From positions 1 to 41,542 of the forward strand of contig CAYMJB010000001.1 in NCBI GenBank assembly GCA_964391005.1: DNA of 41,542 bases, read 5' to 3'. Shown here one piece after another: positions 18,232 through 27,796 of this stretch (position 1 is the stretch's first letter; each line of letters starts with the position of its first letter). Made by a program: the position numbers and the translations under genes. A model generated the notes under the pieces. It was not told the DNA's origin. It searched no databases and saw only the letters and a list, made by a program, of their open reading frames with translations. The stretch comes from an uncultured archaeon. GTDB lineage: Archaea; Nanohalarchaeota; Nanosalinia; Nanosalinales; Nanosalinaceae.

Positions 18232-21200
18232 ATGCAAACCACGGTAATGGTTGGTGAGAAGCCGAAGGTAACCAGCAAGATTGCAAATGCCTTGGGCGAC
18301 TACAGCATGAAGGAGAACAGAGGCGTCAAGAACTACATTATTGAGACAGATGAGAGACGCTTGATTGTTGCCCCGGCTGTCGGACATATATTCAATCTTG
18401 ACCAAGTTAGCGAGGGCTGGGACTACCCTGTATTTGACGTGGAATGGAAACCCACTTTTGAGACAGATGACTCGGCGGGATACATGAAAAAATACTATAA
18501 CAACCTTAGAGACCAGCTTGAGAAAGCTGATACATACATAAACGCGTGCGACTTCGATCTTGAGGGAAGCGTTATCGGCGCAAACGTCATCAAACAGATA
18601 ACAGACGCTTCAGATGAGAAGATCGAGAGAATGAAGTTCTCAACACTGACACAAAGTGACCTGAGAGATGCCTACGACAACCTGGAAAGCTTTGACAGAG
18701 GCATGACTTCTGCAGGAATAGCAAGGCATATACTGGACTACTACTACGGCGTAAACGTCTCCAGAGCGCTGATGCAGGCGGTCAGAGAAAACGACAGGTA
18801 CAAGACACTTTCAACAGGACGTGTACAGGGACCTGCCCTCAAGGTACTGGCAGACAAGGAAAGAGAGATCAAGGAGTTTGAACCTGATCCTTACTGGGAA
18901 ATATATCTACACCACAACGAGTTTGACGCAAAGCTCAAGGAACCTGAAGAAGACAAAGAAAAGCCGGAGAGAATCTGGGACGAAGATAAAGCCAACCAAA
19001 TATTCTCAACTGTCGAAGGAGAAAGGAAAGCTAAGGTCAGAGACATAAAAATCAACAACTACAAACATAACCCTCCAATACCCTTTAATCTTACAGGACT
19101 GCAGAAAGAGGCTTCCTCACAGTTCAACCTCTCACCTAAGAAAACCCAGTCAATAGCGCAGTCGCTTTACGAGGATTCCCTGATCTCATATCCGCGTACA
19201 GAGTCACAAAAACTGCCGCCCAAACTTGGATACAAGAACCTGTTGAAAGATCTAAAAAACCAGGAGAAGTACGAGAATCTGGCTAAGAGAGTTTTAAATA
19301 AGGATAAACGCGATAACTTATATCCTAAGCAGGGGAAAAAGAAGGATGACGCACATCCTTGCTTTAAGCCAGACGCAAAAGTAAGTTTTAACCAGAGCGC
19401 TAGGTCTTTTTCGGATATAGCTGGTGAAGTGGATAACTGGGAGTGGGATGAAGAAAAGGAGAGTTACTTCGGAGAGATTGATAAGTCAGGCGTCATATCA
19501 CATGACTCACATGTTAAGAAATCAGAAGTTACGGGTATATGGAGAACACCATATGAAGGAGACCTTTTGGACGTTGAAACTAATTCGAGAGAGGTAAGCG
19601 TCACTCCTAAGCACAGATTCTTGACCTTCACGGAAGAAGGTTTGGATTATGTTGAGGCAGAAAACCTCAGAGAGAAAGATATAGTATTCAAGCAGAAGAA
19701 ACAGGAAGAAAAAGTTTTGAATCTTTCAAACAATATTGAGTTAGAGTCTGCGTTCTCTAAGAAGCACTGGGAGCAAATACAGGAAGGAGAAGAATGCAGT
19801 GTCAATGAAACCTATGATAGGATAAAAGAATTTCTAGAAGATATTGAAATAGGAAAAGCTGAAAAACTGGCGGCCATCACCGGGTTCTGCTTTGGAGATG
19901 GGCACCTGCGCTTCGAAAAACCTTCAGAAAGCAGAGAGAAGTATCCTCAGGTACATTTCACCGGTAGAATAGAGGATATGAAGAAACTGAAGGAGGATAT
20001 AGAGGAAGTCGGTTTCAGCGCCTACATCAGCAGCGATGAGCCTAAAAAAGCGATGATAGCATCCAAAAATTCAGCTTTCGGCAGACTGTTAATTGCTCTT
20101 GGATGTCCTACGGGCGATAAGATGACCAAAAATTTCAGTGTGCCTGAATGGGTGAAGAAAGATGAAAACCTGAAGAGAGAATTTCTAGCAGGGATATTTG
20201 GAGCAGAGCTCACCAAAGTAAGAACCCACACGAACAACGGAAGAGACATCAGAAACCTCCGATTCGAACAAAACAAAATCAAAAAACTGGAAGAATCCTT
20301 CAAGGACTTCTTCAAAGAACTAATGCAAATGTGTGAAGACCTAGAAATACAGACGAGCAACCTTTCAACAGCTAAGAAAACTGAGAGTAGAAAAAAAGAC
20401 GGAGAAAAAACTGTCAGAGGCAGCTTCTCCATAAAAAACAACAGAGAAAACTTGGAAAAATTTGTAAACAAAATTCCAATGAGGTACAGCAAATATAAAG
20501 ACGAACTAAGAAGAAACGCTTCAGCATACCTTGCATTGAGAAAATCCGTAATAAAGAGAAGAAAAAGTAAGAGGCAGAAAGCCAAGAAAATGTATCAAAA
20601 TGGGAAAGGATACAAAGAGATAGGCGAAGAAATCAACATTTCAAAATACACGGTGAAAAGCTGGGTTTACTATGGCAACGGTGGAAAAGAAGAACACGTA
20701 CCCTCAGAAGAAATACCGAAATTCAAAGAATTCAACCTCAAAACACCAAAACAAACCAAGCCAGAAATAATAAATAAGATAGAAACTAGCCACTACGAAG
20801 GCCATGTCTACGACATAGAGGTCGAAGAAAATCATAATTACTTCGCAAACCAATTACTAGTACACAACTGCATATACCCTACGGGGAAGCATCCTTCAGG
20901 TCTCTCAAAGATGGAGAAGAAAGTCTACGATCTCATTGTCAAGAGGTTCTTCGCAGTATTTGGAGAAGCAGCAAAGAGACAGTCCCTGACACTGACTCTT
21001 GATGTCCTAGGGTATAGCTTCAAGGCAAAGTCAAAGGTAACCAAGCAGAGGAACTGGTTTAGCCTATACGATCCGTATGTAAATGTTGAGGAAGCTGATC
21101 TTCCGGAAGTTGAGGAAGGTGAAAAACTTGATGTAGAGGACTTCAGCCTTGAGGACAAGGAAACCAAGCCTCCAAGGCGTTACAGCCAGTCCAGAATAGT

Positions 21201-21801
21201 TTCAGAACTTGAAAAGAAAAACCTGGGAACCAAGGCCACGCGTGCCTCAACCATCGACCGGCTCTACGACAGAAACTATATTGAGGGCTCACCAATAGAG
21301 GTTACACAGTTGGGTCTCACAATAGTGAATACCTTGGAAAAACATGCTCCAGATGTGCTCAGCGAAGAACTCACAAGAAACTTTGAGGAAAAGATGGAGT
21401 CAATAAAACAAGGAGAGAAAAGTTCAGAGGAAGTTGTCTCAGAGGCACAAGAAGAACTAGAAGAAACTCTTACCGAATTTAAACAAAAGGAAAAACAGAT
21501 AGGATCCGAGCTTGTCGAAACAATAGATAAGGAAAGAAACAGGCAGAGAAGGCTCGGAGAATGCCAAGAGTGCGAAGATGGCACCCTGAAAATAATCAAG
21601 AATAACGGCAGCAGATTTGTAGGCTGCTCAAACTACCCTGACTGCGAGAACAGCTTCCCTCTACCAAGTAACGGCGATATAGAGGGAATGGACGAAGCAT
21701 GCGATGAGTGTGGAAACCCGAAAATATACGTAAGCAGGAACTCCGGCAACGACTACAACATGTGCATATACCCTGACTGCCCGACAAAAGACGACTGGTA
21801 A
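18232..21801 (+). CDS. topA: DNA topoisomerase IA (archaeal TopA) with in-frame intein
   Basis: TOPRIM EKP and DFDLEG, STGRVQ, catalytic SYPRTES, LGTKATR and C-terminal Zn ribbons. Confidence 0.97.
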   Translation: MQTTVMVGEKPKVTSKIANALGDYSMKENRGVKNYIIETDERRLIVAPAVGHIFNLDQVSEGWDYPVFDVEWKPTFETDDSAGYMKKYYNNLRDQLEKADTYINACDFDLEGSVIGANVIKQITDASDEKIERMKFSTLTQSDLRDAYDNLESFDRGMTSAGIARHILDYYYGVNVSRALMQAVRENDRYKTLSTGRVQGPALKVLADKEREIKEFEPDPYWEIYLHHNEFDAKLKEPEEDKEKPERIWDEDKANQIFSTVEGERKAKVRDIKINNYKHNPPIPFNLTGLQKEASSQFNLSPKKTQSIAQSLYEDSLISYPRTESQKLPPKLGYKNLLKDLKNQEKYENLAKRVLNKDKRDNLYPKQGKKKDDAHPCFKPDAKVSFNQSARSFSDIAGEVDNWEWDEEKESYFGEIDKSGVISHDSHVKKSEVTGIWRTPYEGDLLDVETNSREVSVTPKHRFLTFTEEGLDYVEAENLREKDIVFKQKKQEEKVLNLSNNIELESAFSKKHWEQIQEGEECSVNETYDRIKEFLEDIEIGKAEKLAAITGFCFGDGHLRFEKPSESREKYPQVHFTGRIEDMKKLKEDIEEVGFSAYISSDEPKKAMIASKNSAFGRLLIALGCPTGDKMTKNFSVPEWVKKDENLKREFLAGIFGAELTKVRTHTNNGRDIRNLRFEQNKIKKLEESFKDFFKELMQMCEDLEIQTSNLSTAKKTESRKKDGEKTVRGSFSIKNNRENLEKFVNKIPMRYSKYKDELRRNASAYLALRKSVIKRRKSKRQKAKKMYQNGKGYKEIGEEINISKYTVKSWVYYGNGGKEEHVPSEEIPKFKEFNLKTPKQTKPEIINKIETSHYEGHVYDIEVEENHNYFANQLLVHNCIYPTGKHPSGLSKMEKKVYDLIVKRFFAVFGEAAKRQSLTLTLDVLGYSFKAKSKVTKQRNWFSLYDPYVNVEEADLPEVEEGEKLDVEDFSLEDKETKPPRRYSQSRIVSELEKKNLGTKATRASTIDRLYDRNYIEGSPIEVTQLGLTIVNTLEKHAPDVLSEELTRNFEEKMESIKQGEKSSEEVVSEAQEELEETLTEFKQKEKQIGSELVETIDKERNRQRRLGECQECEDGTLKIIKNNGSRFVGCSNYPDCENSFPLPSNGDIEGMDEACDECGNPKIYVSRNSGNDYNMCIYPDCPTKDDW
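19360..20868 (+). mobile_element. Intein (503 aa) with LAGLIDADG homing endonuclease and HTH
   Basis: Junctions DAHP|CFKPD and LLVHN|CIYPT; block B TPKHRF; LAGLIDADG motifs ITGFCFGDG and FLAGIFGAE; block F VYDIEV. Confidence 0.95.
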
Positions 21802-21811
21802 ACCAGGAAAT

Positions 21812-22489
21812 TCAGAAAACTCCTGAATCGTTTCTCTTCAAGCCCTCATCCGTTATTTCAAACCCTACTTTCTGACCTTCTTCCAAAGACCTGTGTTTTG
21901 CGATCTCAGCAACCCTTGAATCCTGACTCTCTGAAAGCTGAATCAAACACTTTGACCAGTACTTGGGAACATCACTTCCAACAAGCTCCAGTTCATCATC
22001 ATCAAAACTCGTATACACCTGGTTGGTGATTACTACGGGAATATCCTGGTTCCTCGCTATCTCGGAAAGCTTTGAAAGCTGCTCAGAGAGCTCGTTATTA
22101 ACTTCTGAAGCGTTGCCACCATCAACCTTAAGACGGTAGAGGGAGACCATGGAATCCACGACGATAAGCTCCAGATCCTGTTCCATAGCCTGCAGGGAGT
22201 TTATCGCCCCTTTCTGCTGCTGAAAATCAGTCACATCCTTCACAAAAACATTCTTAAGATCGGCCTCGGATGCAATCTGGGCAAACCTTTCAGCCGAAAA
22301 ACTTGCCTCAGTATCAATATATGCTACATTTCCATGACTGGACGCAACCTCAGCACTTATCTGAAGACAGGCATTTGTCTTGCCTGAACCGGATTCCCCG
22401 TAAAAATTTGATATCACTCCTCTCTCAATACCGCCTTCCAGTAAGGTATCAAGAGGCTTAGAGCCCGTTGAAACACGTTTTACTTCCAC
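21812..22489 (-). CDS. radB: DNA repair and recombination protein RadB
   Basis: Short RecA-fold without N-terminal HhH; GESGSGKT, IVVDS, TNQVY and the RadB KHR motif. Confidence 0.93.
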   Translation of the reverse strand: MEVKRVSTGSKPLDTLLEGGIERGVISNFYGESGSGKTNACLQISAEVASSHGNVAYIDTEASFSAERFAQIASEADLKNVFVKDVTDFQQQKGAINSLQAMEQDLELIVVDSMVSLYRLKVDGGNASEVNNELSEQLSKLSEIARNQDIPVVITNQVYTSFDDDELELVGSDVPKYWSKCLIQLSESQDSRVAEIAKHRSLEEGQKVGFEITDEGLKRNDSGVF

Positions 22490-22572
22490 ACATTCACAAG
22501 GTACTCAACTCTTTTATCCATGCTCTGGAAAGCCACTAAGGTTATTTTAACATCAAAACTAGACATGTTCAC

Positions 22573-23064
22573 ATGAAGACCAGACATGTAATTTTTGGCT
22601 TAGCTTTTGTTTTGATTTTCGGTGTAGGAATGGTTAACGTGCAGACTGACGGAGAGCTGGTGCATGAGATAAGTACAGAGCTGCCTGGATACGAGGCATC
22701 CGGAAACACATCTATCACAGATATAGAAAAGGTGGTGCTCCAGGCAGGCGAATCAAAGGAGATAACTTCAAGGATTCTAAACGTGAGAGAAATATCTTAT
22801 ACAGATCCTACTTTATCTGAAAACGTTTCGAACAGCGTTAATCTTGAGCTCGAGCTGTCACCTCGTCCTGGAATGGTTCAGGAATCGTTTCCGCCGCAGT
22901 TCTTGTATGATCAGAGGACAAAGGCTGTAACAGCCAGGATAAACATATCAGCAACAGAAGACGCGGAGACAGGAACGTACAATTTTGAACTACTGGCATC
23001 CGGGAACAACACCGAAGGAAGCATCACACAGGATATACCTGTTGAGATCCGAGCCGAGAGCTAA
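22573..23064 (+). CDS. Secreted or membrane-anchored beta-sandwich (Ig-like) hypothetical protein
   Basis: N-terminal hydrophobic signal; 'ISATEDAETGTYNFELLA' typical of Ig-like surface domains; several N-x-S/T sequons. Confidence 0.75.
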   Translation: MKTRHVIFGLAFVLIFGVGMVNVQTDGELVHEISTELPGYEASGNTSITDIEKVVLQAGESKEITSRILNVREISYTDPTLSENVSNSVNLELELSPRPGMVQESFPPQFLYDQRTKAVTARINISATEDAETGTYNFELLASGNNTEGSITQDIPVEIRAES

Positions 23065-23120
23065 AGTGTTCCTATCGCACAATGAACAGTAAGTTGAGGA
23101 TTGGATAAGCCAGATTTCAG

Positions 23121-23177
23121 ATGTAAACAATGTTTTTTATTCACGTAAACAAAAATTAATTTAAGTGTTATTTACAT
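23121..23177 (+). promoter_or_regulatory. Promoter/operator of the Cas2-like gene-cdc48 operon
   Basis: TTTTTATTCACGTAAACAAAAA (23134-55) is identical to 39418-39. Extra ATGTAAACAA (23121-30) and inverted ATTTACAT (23170-77). Confidence 0.7.
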
Positions 23178-23192
23178 AATCTCAGATAAGCC

Positions 23193-23543
23193 ATGCCGGA
23201 AGAAGAAGCAGCACTTGTAACCTACAACACCGAACGGAAGAACTTTGACTCGGTATACGAAAGAAACAAGTTCTACCGTGGACTATTCGGGTACAAGCAA
23301 ACTGTAAAGAAGAACGGCAAAGAATACGAATACGAGAAGGACGGATTAATGGATGAAATACCACACTTCCGGATAGGAGACTCGGTATTCATAACATCAA
23401 AAGACCAGGTAAACAAGGTAGAGGCTTACTTTGAGAAATGGAGCGGAAAAATAACAAAACACATATTCACAGTGATAATCGAAGATGAAAACATCAAAGA
23501 CAATATTACAAAACAAGGCTCAGAGCTACCAGAAGGTGAATAG
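23193..23543 (+). CDS. Small Cas2/VapD/PaaX-C-like ferredoxin-fold protein, not CRISPR associated
   Basis: LVTYN...[12 protein letters not shown]...SVFI pattern parallels the Cas2 'YD...R..l..yG...SVF'. Ends 5 nt before cdc48. Confidence 0.75.
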   Translation: MPEEEAALVTYNTERKNFDSVYERNKFYRGLFGYKQTVKKNGKEYEYEKDGLMDEIPHFRIGDSVFITSKDQVNKVEAYFEKWSGKITKHIFTVIIEDENIKDNITKQGSELPEGE

Positions 23544-23548
23544 ATAAA

Positions 23549-25828
23549 ATGGCAGATGACGAAGACGTGAAGCTGCGTGTAGGCGAAGTACCGCCAAACG
23601 CACAGCAAGACATCGGCAAAGGAATAGTCAGGATAGACAGCAAAATCATGGAAGAAATTGGAGTAAGAGAAGGAGAGGCAATCATACTTGAAGGAGAAAG
23701 AGAGACAGTAGGCAGAATAGCAAGATCATACCCTGCCGACAAAGGCCTAGGAATCGCAAGAATGGACGGATACATGCGAAAAAACGCAGGAACAAGCCTA
23801 GGAGAAAACGTCTCAGTAAGAAAAGCAGACCTGAAAGAAGCCAACGAGATCACGCTTGCACCAGCAGAAGAAGGAGTGATGATGCAGGTCTCAAACCCCA
23901 ACATATTCAAGAAAGGGCTTGCAGGACGTGCAGTGATGCAGGGTGATATCGTTGTACCTGGAGGAGACAAGGACAGAAGAAGCTCTGTATTCGATGACAT
24001 GCCGTTTGACTTTGACGCAGACAAGTTTGCCATGGGCTTTGGCGGAGAAACCAAGCTCATGGTGGTAAAAACCAAGCCAAAAGGCGCAGTAAAAATAACC
24101 AAAAACACAGACATCAAAATGAAACAACAAGCAGTAGAAGAACCAGGACAGAAACGTGTAAGCGTACCTGACGTAACCTACGAAGACATAGGCGGACTAG
24201 ACGAGGAAGTGCAGAAAGTCAGGGAGATGATAGAACTACCCCTGAAACACCCTGAGGTATTCCAGCAGCTAGGAATCGACGCACCCTCAGGAGTACTCCT
24301 ACAAGGACCACCAGGAACAGGAAAAACACTCTTAGCAAAAGCGGTGGCCAACGAATCAAACGCCACCTTCCTCTCAATAGACGGACCAGAGATAATGTCC
24401 AAGTACTACGGAGAATCAGAGAAACAGCTACGTGAAAAATTCGAGGAGGCACGTGAAGAAGCACCTGCAATCATCTTCGTCGACGAGATAGACGCAATCG
24501 CACCAAAAAGAGACGAATCAGGAGGAGAAGTTGAAAGACGTGTAGTAGCACAACTCCTCTCAGAAATGGACGGCCTAGAAGCAAGAGAAAACGTGATCGT
24601 CATAGCTGCCACAAACCGGGCAGACTCAATAGATCCCGCGCTAAGACGTGGAGGAAGATTTGACAGAGAAATTGAAATTGGAGTACCAAACAGAGACGGT
24701 AGAAAAGAAGTCCTTCAGATCCACACAAGAAACATGCCCCTAGCTGACGACGTCGATCTTAACGAGCTAGCTGACAAGACACACGGATACGTCGGAGCTG
24801 ACCTTGAGGCCATGTGTAAGGAAGCAGCCATGTACGTGCTGCGGGACATCCTGCCAGAGATAGATCTAGATGAGGAAATACCAAGCGACGTCCTAGAAGA
24901 CCTTATAGTGGACAGAGATGCCATGGTAGAAGGCATGCGGACCGTCGAACCTTCACAAATGCGTGAAGTCATGGTTGAGGTCCCACAAGTCACGTGGAAT
25001 GACATCGGAGGACTTGAAGAGACAAAAGACCATCTACAGGAAATGGTTGAATGGCCACAGGAATACCCGGACGAATTCGAAAACATGGGTATAGAAGTAC
25101 CAAAAGGAATCCTGCTCTACGGACTACCAGGAACAGGAAAAACCTTGCTCGCGAAAGCAGTAGCCAACGAATCCAACTCCAACTTCATATCAGTAAACGG
25201 GCCAGAACTCCTGTCAAAATACGTAGGAGAATCCGAAAGCGCGGTCAGGGAAGTATTCAAGAAAGCAAGACAGGTAGCGCCTTGCGTACTATTCATCGAT
25301 GAGATCGATTCCATCGCGCCACGCAGAGGCTCCAGAAGCTCTGACTCCGGAGTAGGTGACCGAGTAGTAAACCAGCTTCTAACCGAACTCGACGGAATTG
25401 AATCCCTTGAAGGGGTAACCGTCATAGCGGCCACAAACCGTCCGGATATGATTGACCCTGCGATCATGCGCCCCGGAAGAATAGACAGGAACGTAGAGGT
25501 AGAGGTACCTGATACAGAGGGGCGAAAGAAGATTCTGGAGGTACACACAAGAGATATGCCTCTGGCTGACGACGTAGACCTTGACAAGCTTGCGGAGGAA
25601 ACAGAAAGCTACGTAGGATCAGACATAGAGTCAGTATGCAGAGAGGCAGGAATGAACGCATTGAGAAACGACAGGGATGCACACGAAGTCACCTCAAGCA
25701 ACTTTGAAGCTGCTCTAGAAGACGTAAGACCTACAGCAACCGAAGACAACCTACAGAGGTATGAGAAGATGATGCAGAAGATGGAGGACATAGAACAAAC
25801 CGAAGACACACCTGACTACTACGCCTGA
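23549..25828 (+). CDS. cdc48: Cdc48/VAT AAA+ ATPase
   Basis: N-domain plus two AAA modules (GPPGTGKT and [15 protein letters not shown]) and a C-terminal HbYX-like YYA. Confidence 0.98.
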   Translation: MADDEDVKLRVGEVPPNAQQDIGKGIVRIDSKIMEEIGVREGEAIILEGERETVGRIARSYPADKGLGIARMDGYMRKNAGTSLGENVSVRKADLKEANEITLAPAEEGVMMQVSNPNIFKKGLAGRAVMQGDIVVPGGDKDRRSSVFDDMPFDFDADKFAMGFGGETKLMVVKTKPKGAVKITKNTDIKMKQQAVEEPGQKRVSVPDVTYEDIGGLDEEVQKVREMIELPLKHPEVFQQLGIDAPSGVLLQGPPGTGKTLLAKAVANESNATFLSIDGPEIMSKYYGESEKQLREKFEEAREEAPAIIFVDEIDAIAPKRDESGGEVERRVVAQLLSEMDGLEARENVIVIAATNRADSIDPALRRGGRFDREIEIGVPNRDGRKEVLQIHTRNMPLADDVDLNELADKTHGYVGADLEAMCKEAAMYVLRDILPEIDLDEEIPSDVLEDLIVDRDAMVEGMRTVEPSQMREVMVEVPQVTWNDIGGLEETKDHLQEMVEWPQEYPDEFENMGIEVPKGILLYGLPGTGKTLLAKAVANESNSNFISVNGPELLSKYVGESESAVREVFKKARQVAPCVLFIDEIDSIAPRRGSRSSDSGVGDRVVNQLLTELDGIESLEGVTVIAATNRPDMIDPAIMRPGRIDRNVEVEVPDTEGRKKILEVHTRDMPLADDVDLDKLAEETESYVGSDIESVCREAGMNALRNDRDAHEVTSSNFEAALEDVRPTATEDNLQRYEKMMQKMEDIEQTEDTPDYYA

Positions 25829-25880
25829 TCACCACAGGCACACCTCTCTATTTATTAGTCAAACAAAACAAATTGACACT

Positions 25881-26813
25881 ATGACACAGGACGAACCTGA
25901 CAAGCAGGGAAAAGAAGAAGAGGAAGACACTTCGGAGCAAGAAACAGTAGAAGAACAACAAGATCAAGATCAGAGCGAATCAGAGAACAGTCAAGAAGAA
26001 TCAGCAACTGATCATAAAGACTCCGGGACCCAGCAAGATGAAGGTTCTGGTCAGTCAGGTACCGTCCAGCTATCTGTAAAGTCGCTTGTAGCAGGAGTTT
26101 TCGTTCTCGGCGTAGCAGTAGGCTTTGCCGGAGGAGTACTTACAGGAAACGGCGGATTAATGATTGCTCAGCCAGGAAACGATGCTCCGAACCCATCTCA
26201 AGCAGAAGAGACAGGAAGCCAGGAAACAGACACAGTTGACATGAGCAAGATTGACATGGAAGGAGAACCTGTACTTGGTCAGGAAGACGCACCAGTGACA
26301 ATGGTGATCTACGAGGACTATCAGTGTCCTTTCTGCAAGCGGTTTGAGACACAGACCTTCCCGAAGATCAAATCAAACTACGTGGACTCTGGTGACGTCA
26401 AAGTAGTATGGAAGGACTTTCCAGCACCAAGCCTAGGTCATGACTGGGCCGAACCAGCCGCTGCCGCCACAGAATGCGTTTACAGGGAAGGAGGAAACGA
26501 AGCATTCTGGAACGTCAACAAGAAAGTGTTTGAACAGGCAAAAACACTGACAAGAGGAGAGGACGAATTCACAACCGAGAACATCCAATCTAGGATCAAA
26601 GAATTTGCATCAGAAGAAGGAGTATCGGAGTCAGCAGTACAAAGCTGTATAGAAAACGACAACCCTATGCAGGAAGTCAACAAAGACAAACAGGGAATAA
26701 TAGGAATAACCAGCAACATCGGAACACCTACCGCGATTGTGAATGGGAAGAAAGTGGTGGGCGCGCAGCCTTACCCACAGTTCGAGACAGTAATAGAAGA
26801 GGAACTAAGCTAG
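25881..26813 (+). CDS. Membrane-anchored DsbA/BdbD-like thiol-disulfide oxidoreductase
   Basis: EDYQCPFC, GTPT and VGAQPY motifs; acidic N-terminus and one TM helix. Confidence 0.92.
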   Translation: MTQDEPDKQGKEEEEDTSEQETVEEQQDQDQSESENSQEESATDHKDSGTQQDEGSGQSGTVQLSVKSLVAGVFVLGVAVGFAGGVLTGNGGLMIAQPGNDAPNPSQAEETGSQETDTVDMSKIDMEGEPVLGQEDAPVTMVIYEDYQCPFCKRFETQTFPKIKSNYVDSGDVKVVWKDFPAPSLGHDWAEPAAAATECVYREGGNEAFWNVNKKVFEQAKTLTRGEDEFTTENIQSRIKEFASEEGVSESAVQSCIENDNPMQEVNKDKQGIIGITSNIGTPTAIVNGKKVVGAQPYPQFETVIEEELS

Positions 26814-26845
26814 AGCCTCTCTATTCCACATCTTTTTCCCTTAAA

Positions 26846-27730
26846 TTATTCTCGAGTGGTTACCTTCTTTCCGTTCTCGGTCAAGATAACGGTATGCTCT
26901 GCCTGAACCACTGTTCCACCTTTAATTTCATTTAGAATTGGATAGGAGTGTACGATATCGCCTTGTACAAGTTTTTTCATGGCCATTCTCTCTCTTGCCC
27001 CATAATCGTCAAACCATCTTGTGGTGAAAGGCAGTCCGTTAAAATCCCTTATACGAGACATGAGCTTCCTCTCTGCCTTGCCTCTAACACTGGTATCTCT
27101 TTCCAGTTTGTAGATATTGCCATCGGCTCCGTTTTTCACCTTTCCAGAGCCATCAGTCAAGAAAGGCTCAACGGCAAATGAGTCACCTACCTCAAACTCG
27201 TAATCAGAGTCATTACTGTAGTTAGGGATGGACAAACCAGCATGTTGTGTAAACTTTCCAACTGAATGACCTGTAAGATTTCTCACAACCTCGTACCGGT
27301 CAGGTATCTCTCGCTCAATAACATCACCAAGCTCTCCAACCGTAACACCCGGCTCAACGTAATCAAGTGCCTTCGAAAGAACACTCTCAGCCGCCTCAAT
27401 CATCTCCTGTTTACTATCATCAGGGTTAATGGTAACAGCTGTATCAGCTATAAAACCCTTAGAATGCGCTCCTATATCCACCTTTACGACGTCAGAAGGC
27501 TTAACCTCTCGATCATCATCCCTTGTAGGTGTGTAGTGCGCTGCAACATCATCAATTGATATATTCACGGGAAAAGCAGGATCTAGGCCCTGATCTCTCA
27601 CGACTCGCTCTACCTCTTCCGCTACTGAATTAATCTTTACCCCTGGCTCTGTAACTTCTCTGGCTTTTTTACGAGCCTTCTGTATGGCCTTGCCTGCCTC
27701 GACATAATGTGACTGCTTTTCCTGTTCCAT
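26846..27730 (-). CDS. map: Methionine aminopeptidase type II
   Basis: AAHYTP, KVDIG, ADTA, LTGH, AVEPF and QAEHT metal ligands. Confidence 0.97.
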   Translation of the reverse strand: MEQEKQSHYVEAGKAIQKARKKAREVTEPGVKINSVAEEVERVVRDQGLDPAFPVNISIDDVAAHYTPTRDDDREVKPSDVVKVDIGAHSKGFIADTAVTINPDDSKQEMIEAAESVLSKALDYVEPGVTVGELGDVIEREIPDRYEVVRNLTGHSVGKFTQHAGLSIPNYSNDSDYEFEVGDSFAVEPFLTDGSGKVKNGADGNIYKLERDTSVRGKAERKLMSRIRDFNGLPFTTRWFDDYGARERMAMKKLVQGDIVHSYPILNEIKGGTVVQAEHTVILTENGKKVTTRE

Positions 27731-27796
27731 ACCTATATCTTACATGTAAAGACACAAAAAGCTCTATGCCGTTTGCTGAAGTTGGGTTTATGTATT

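Noticed and set aside
23193..23543. CRISPR-Cas locus
   Set aside because: No repeat-spacer array, cas1 or other cas genes were seen in the window.
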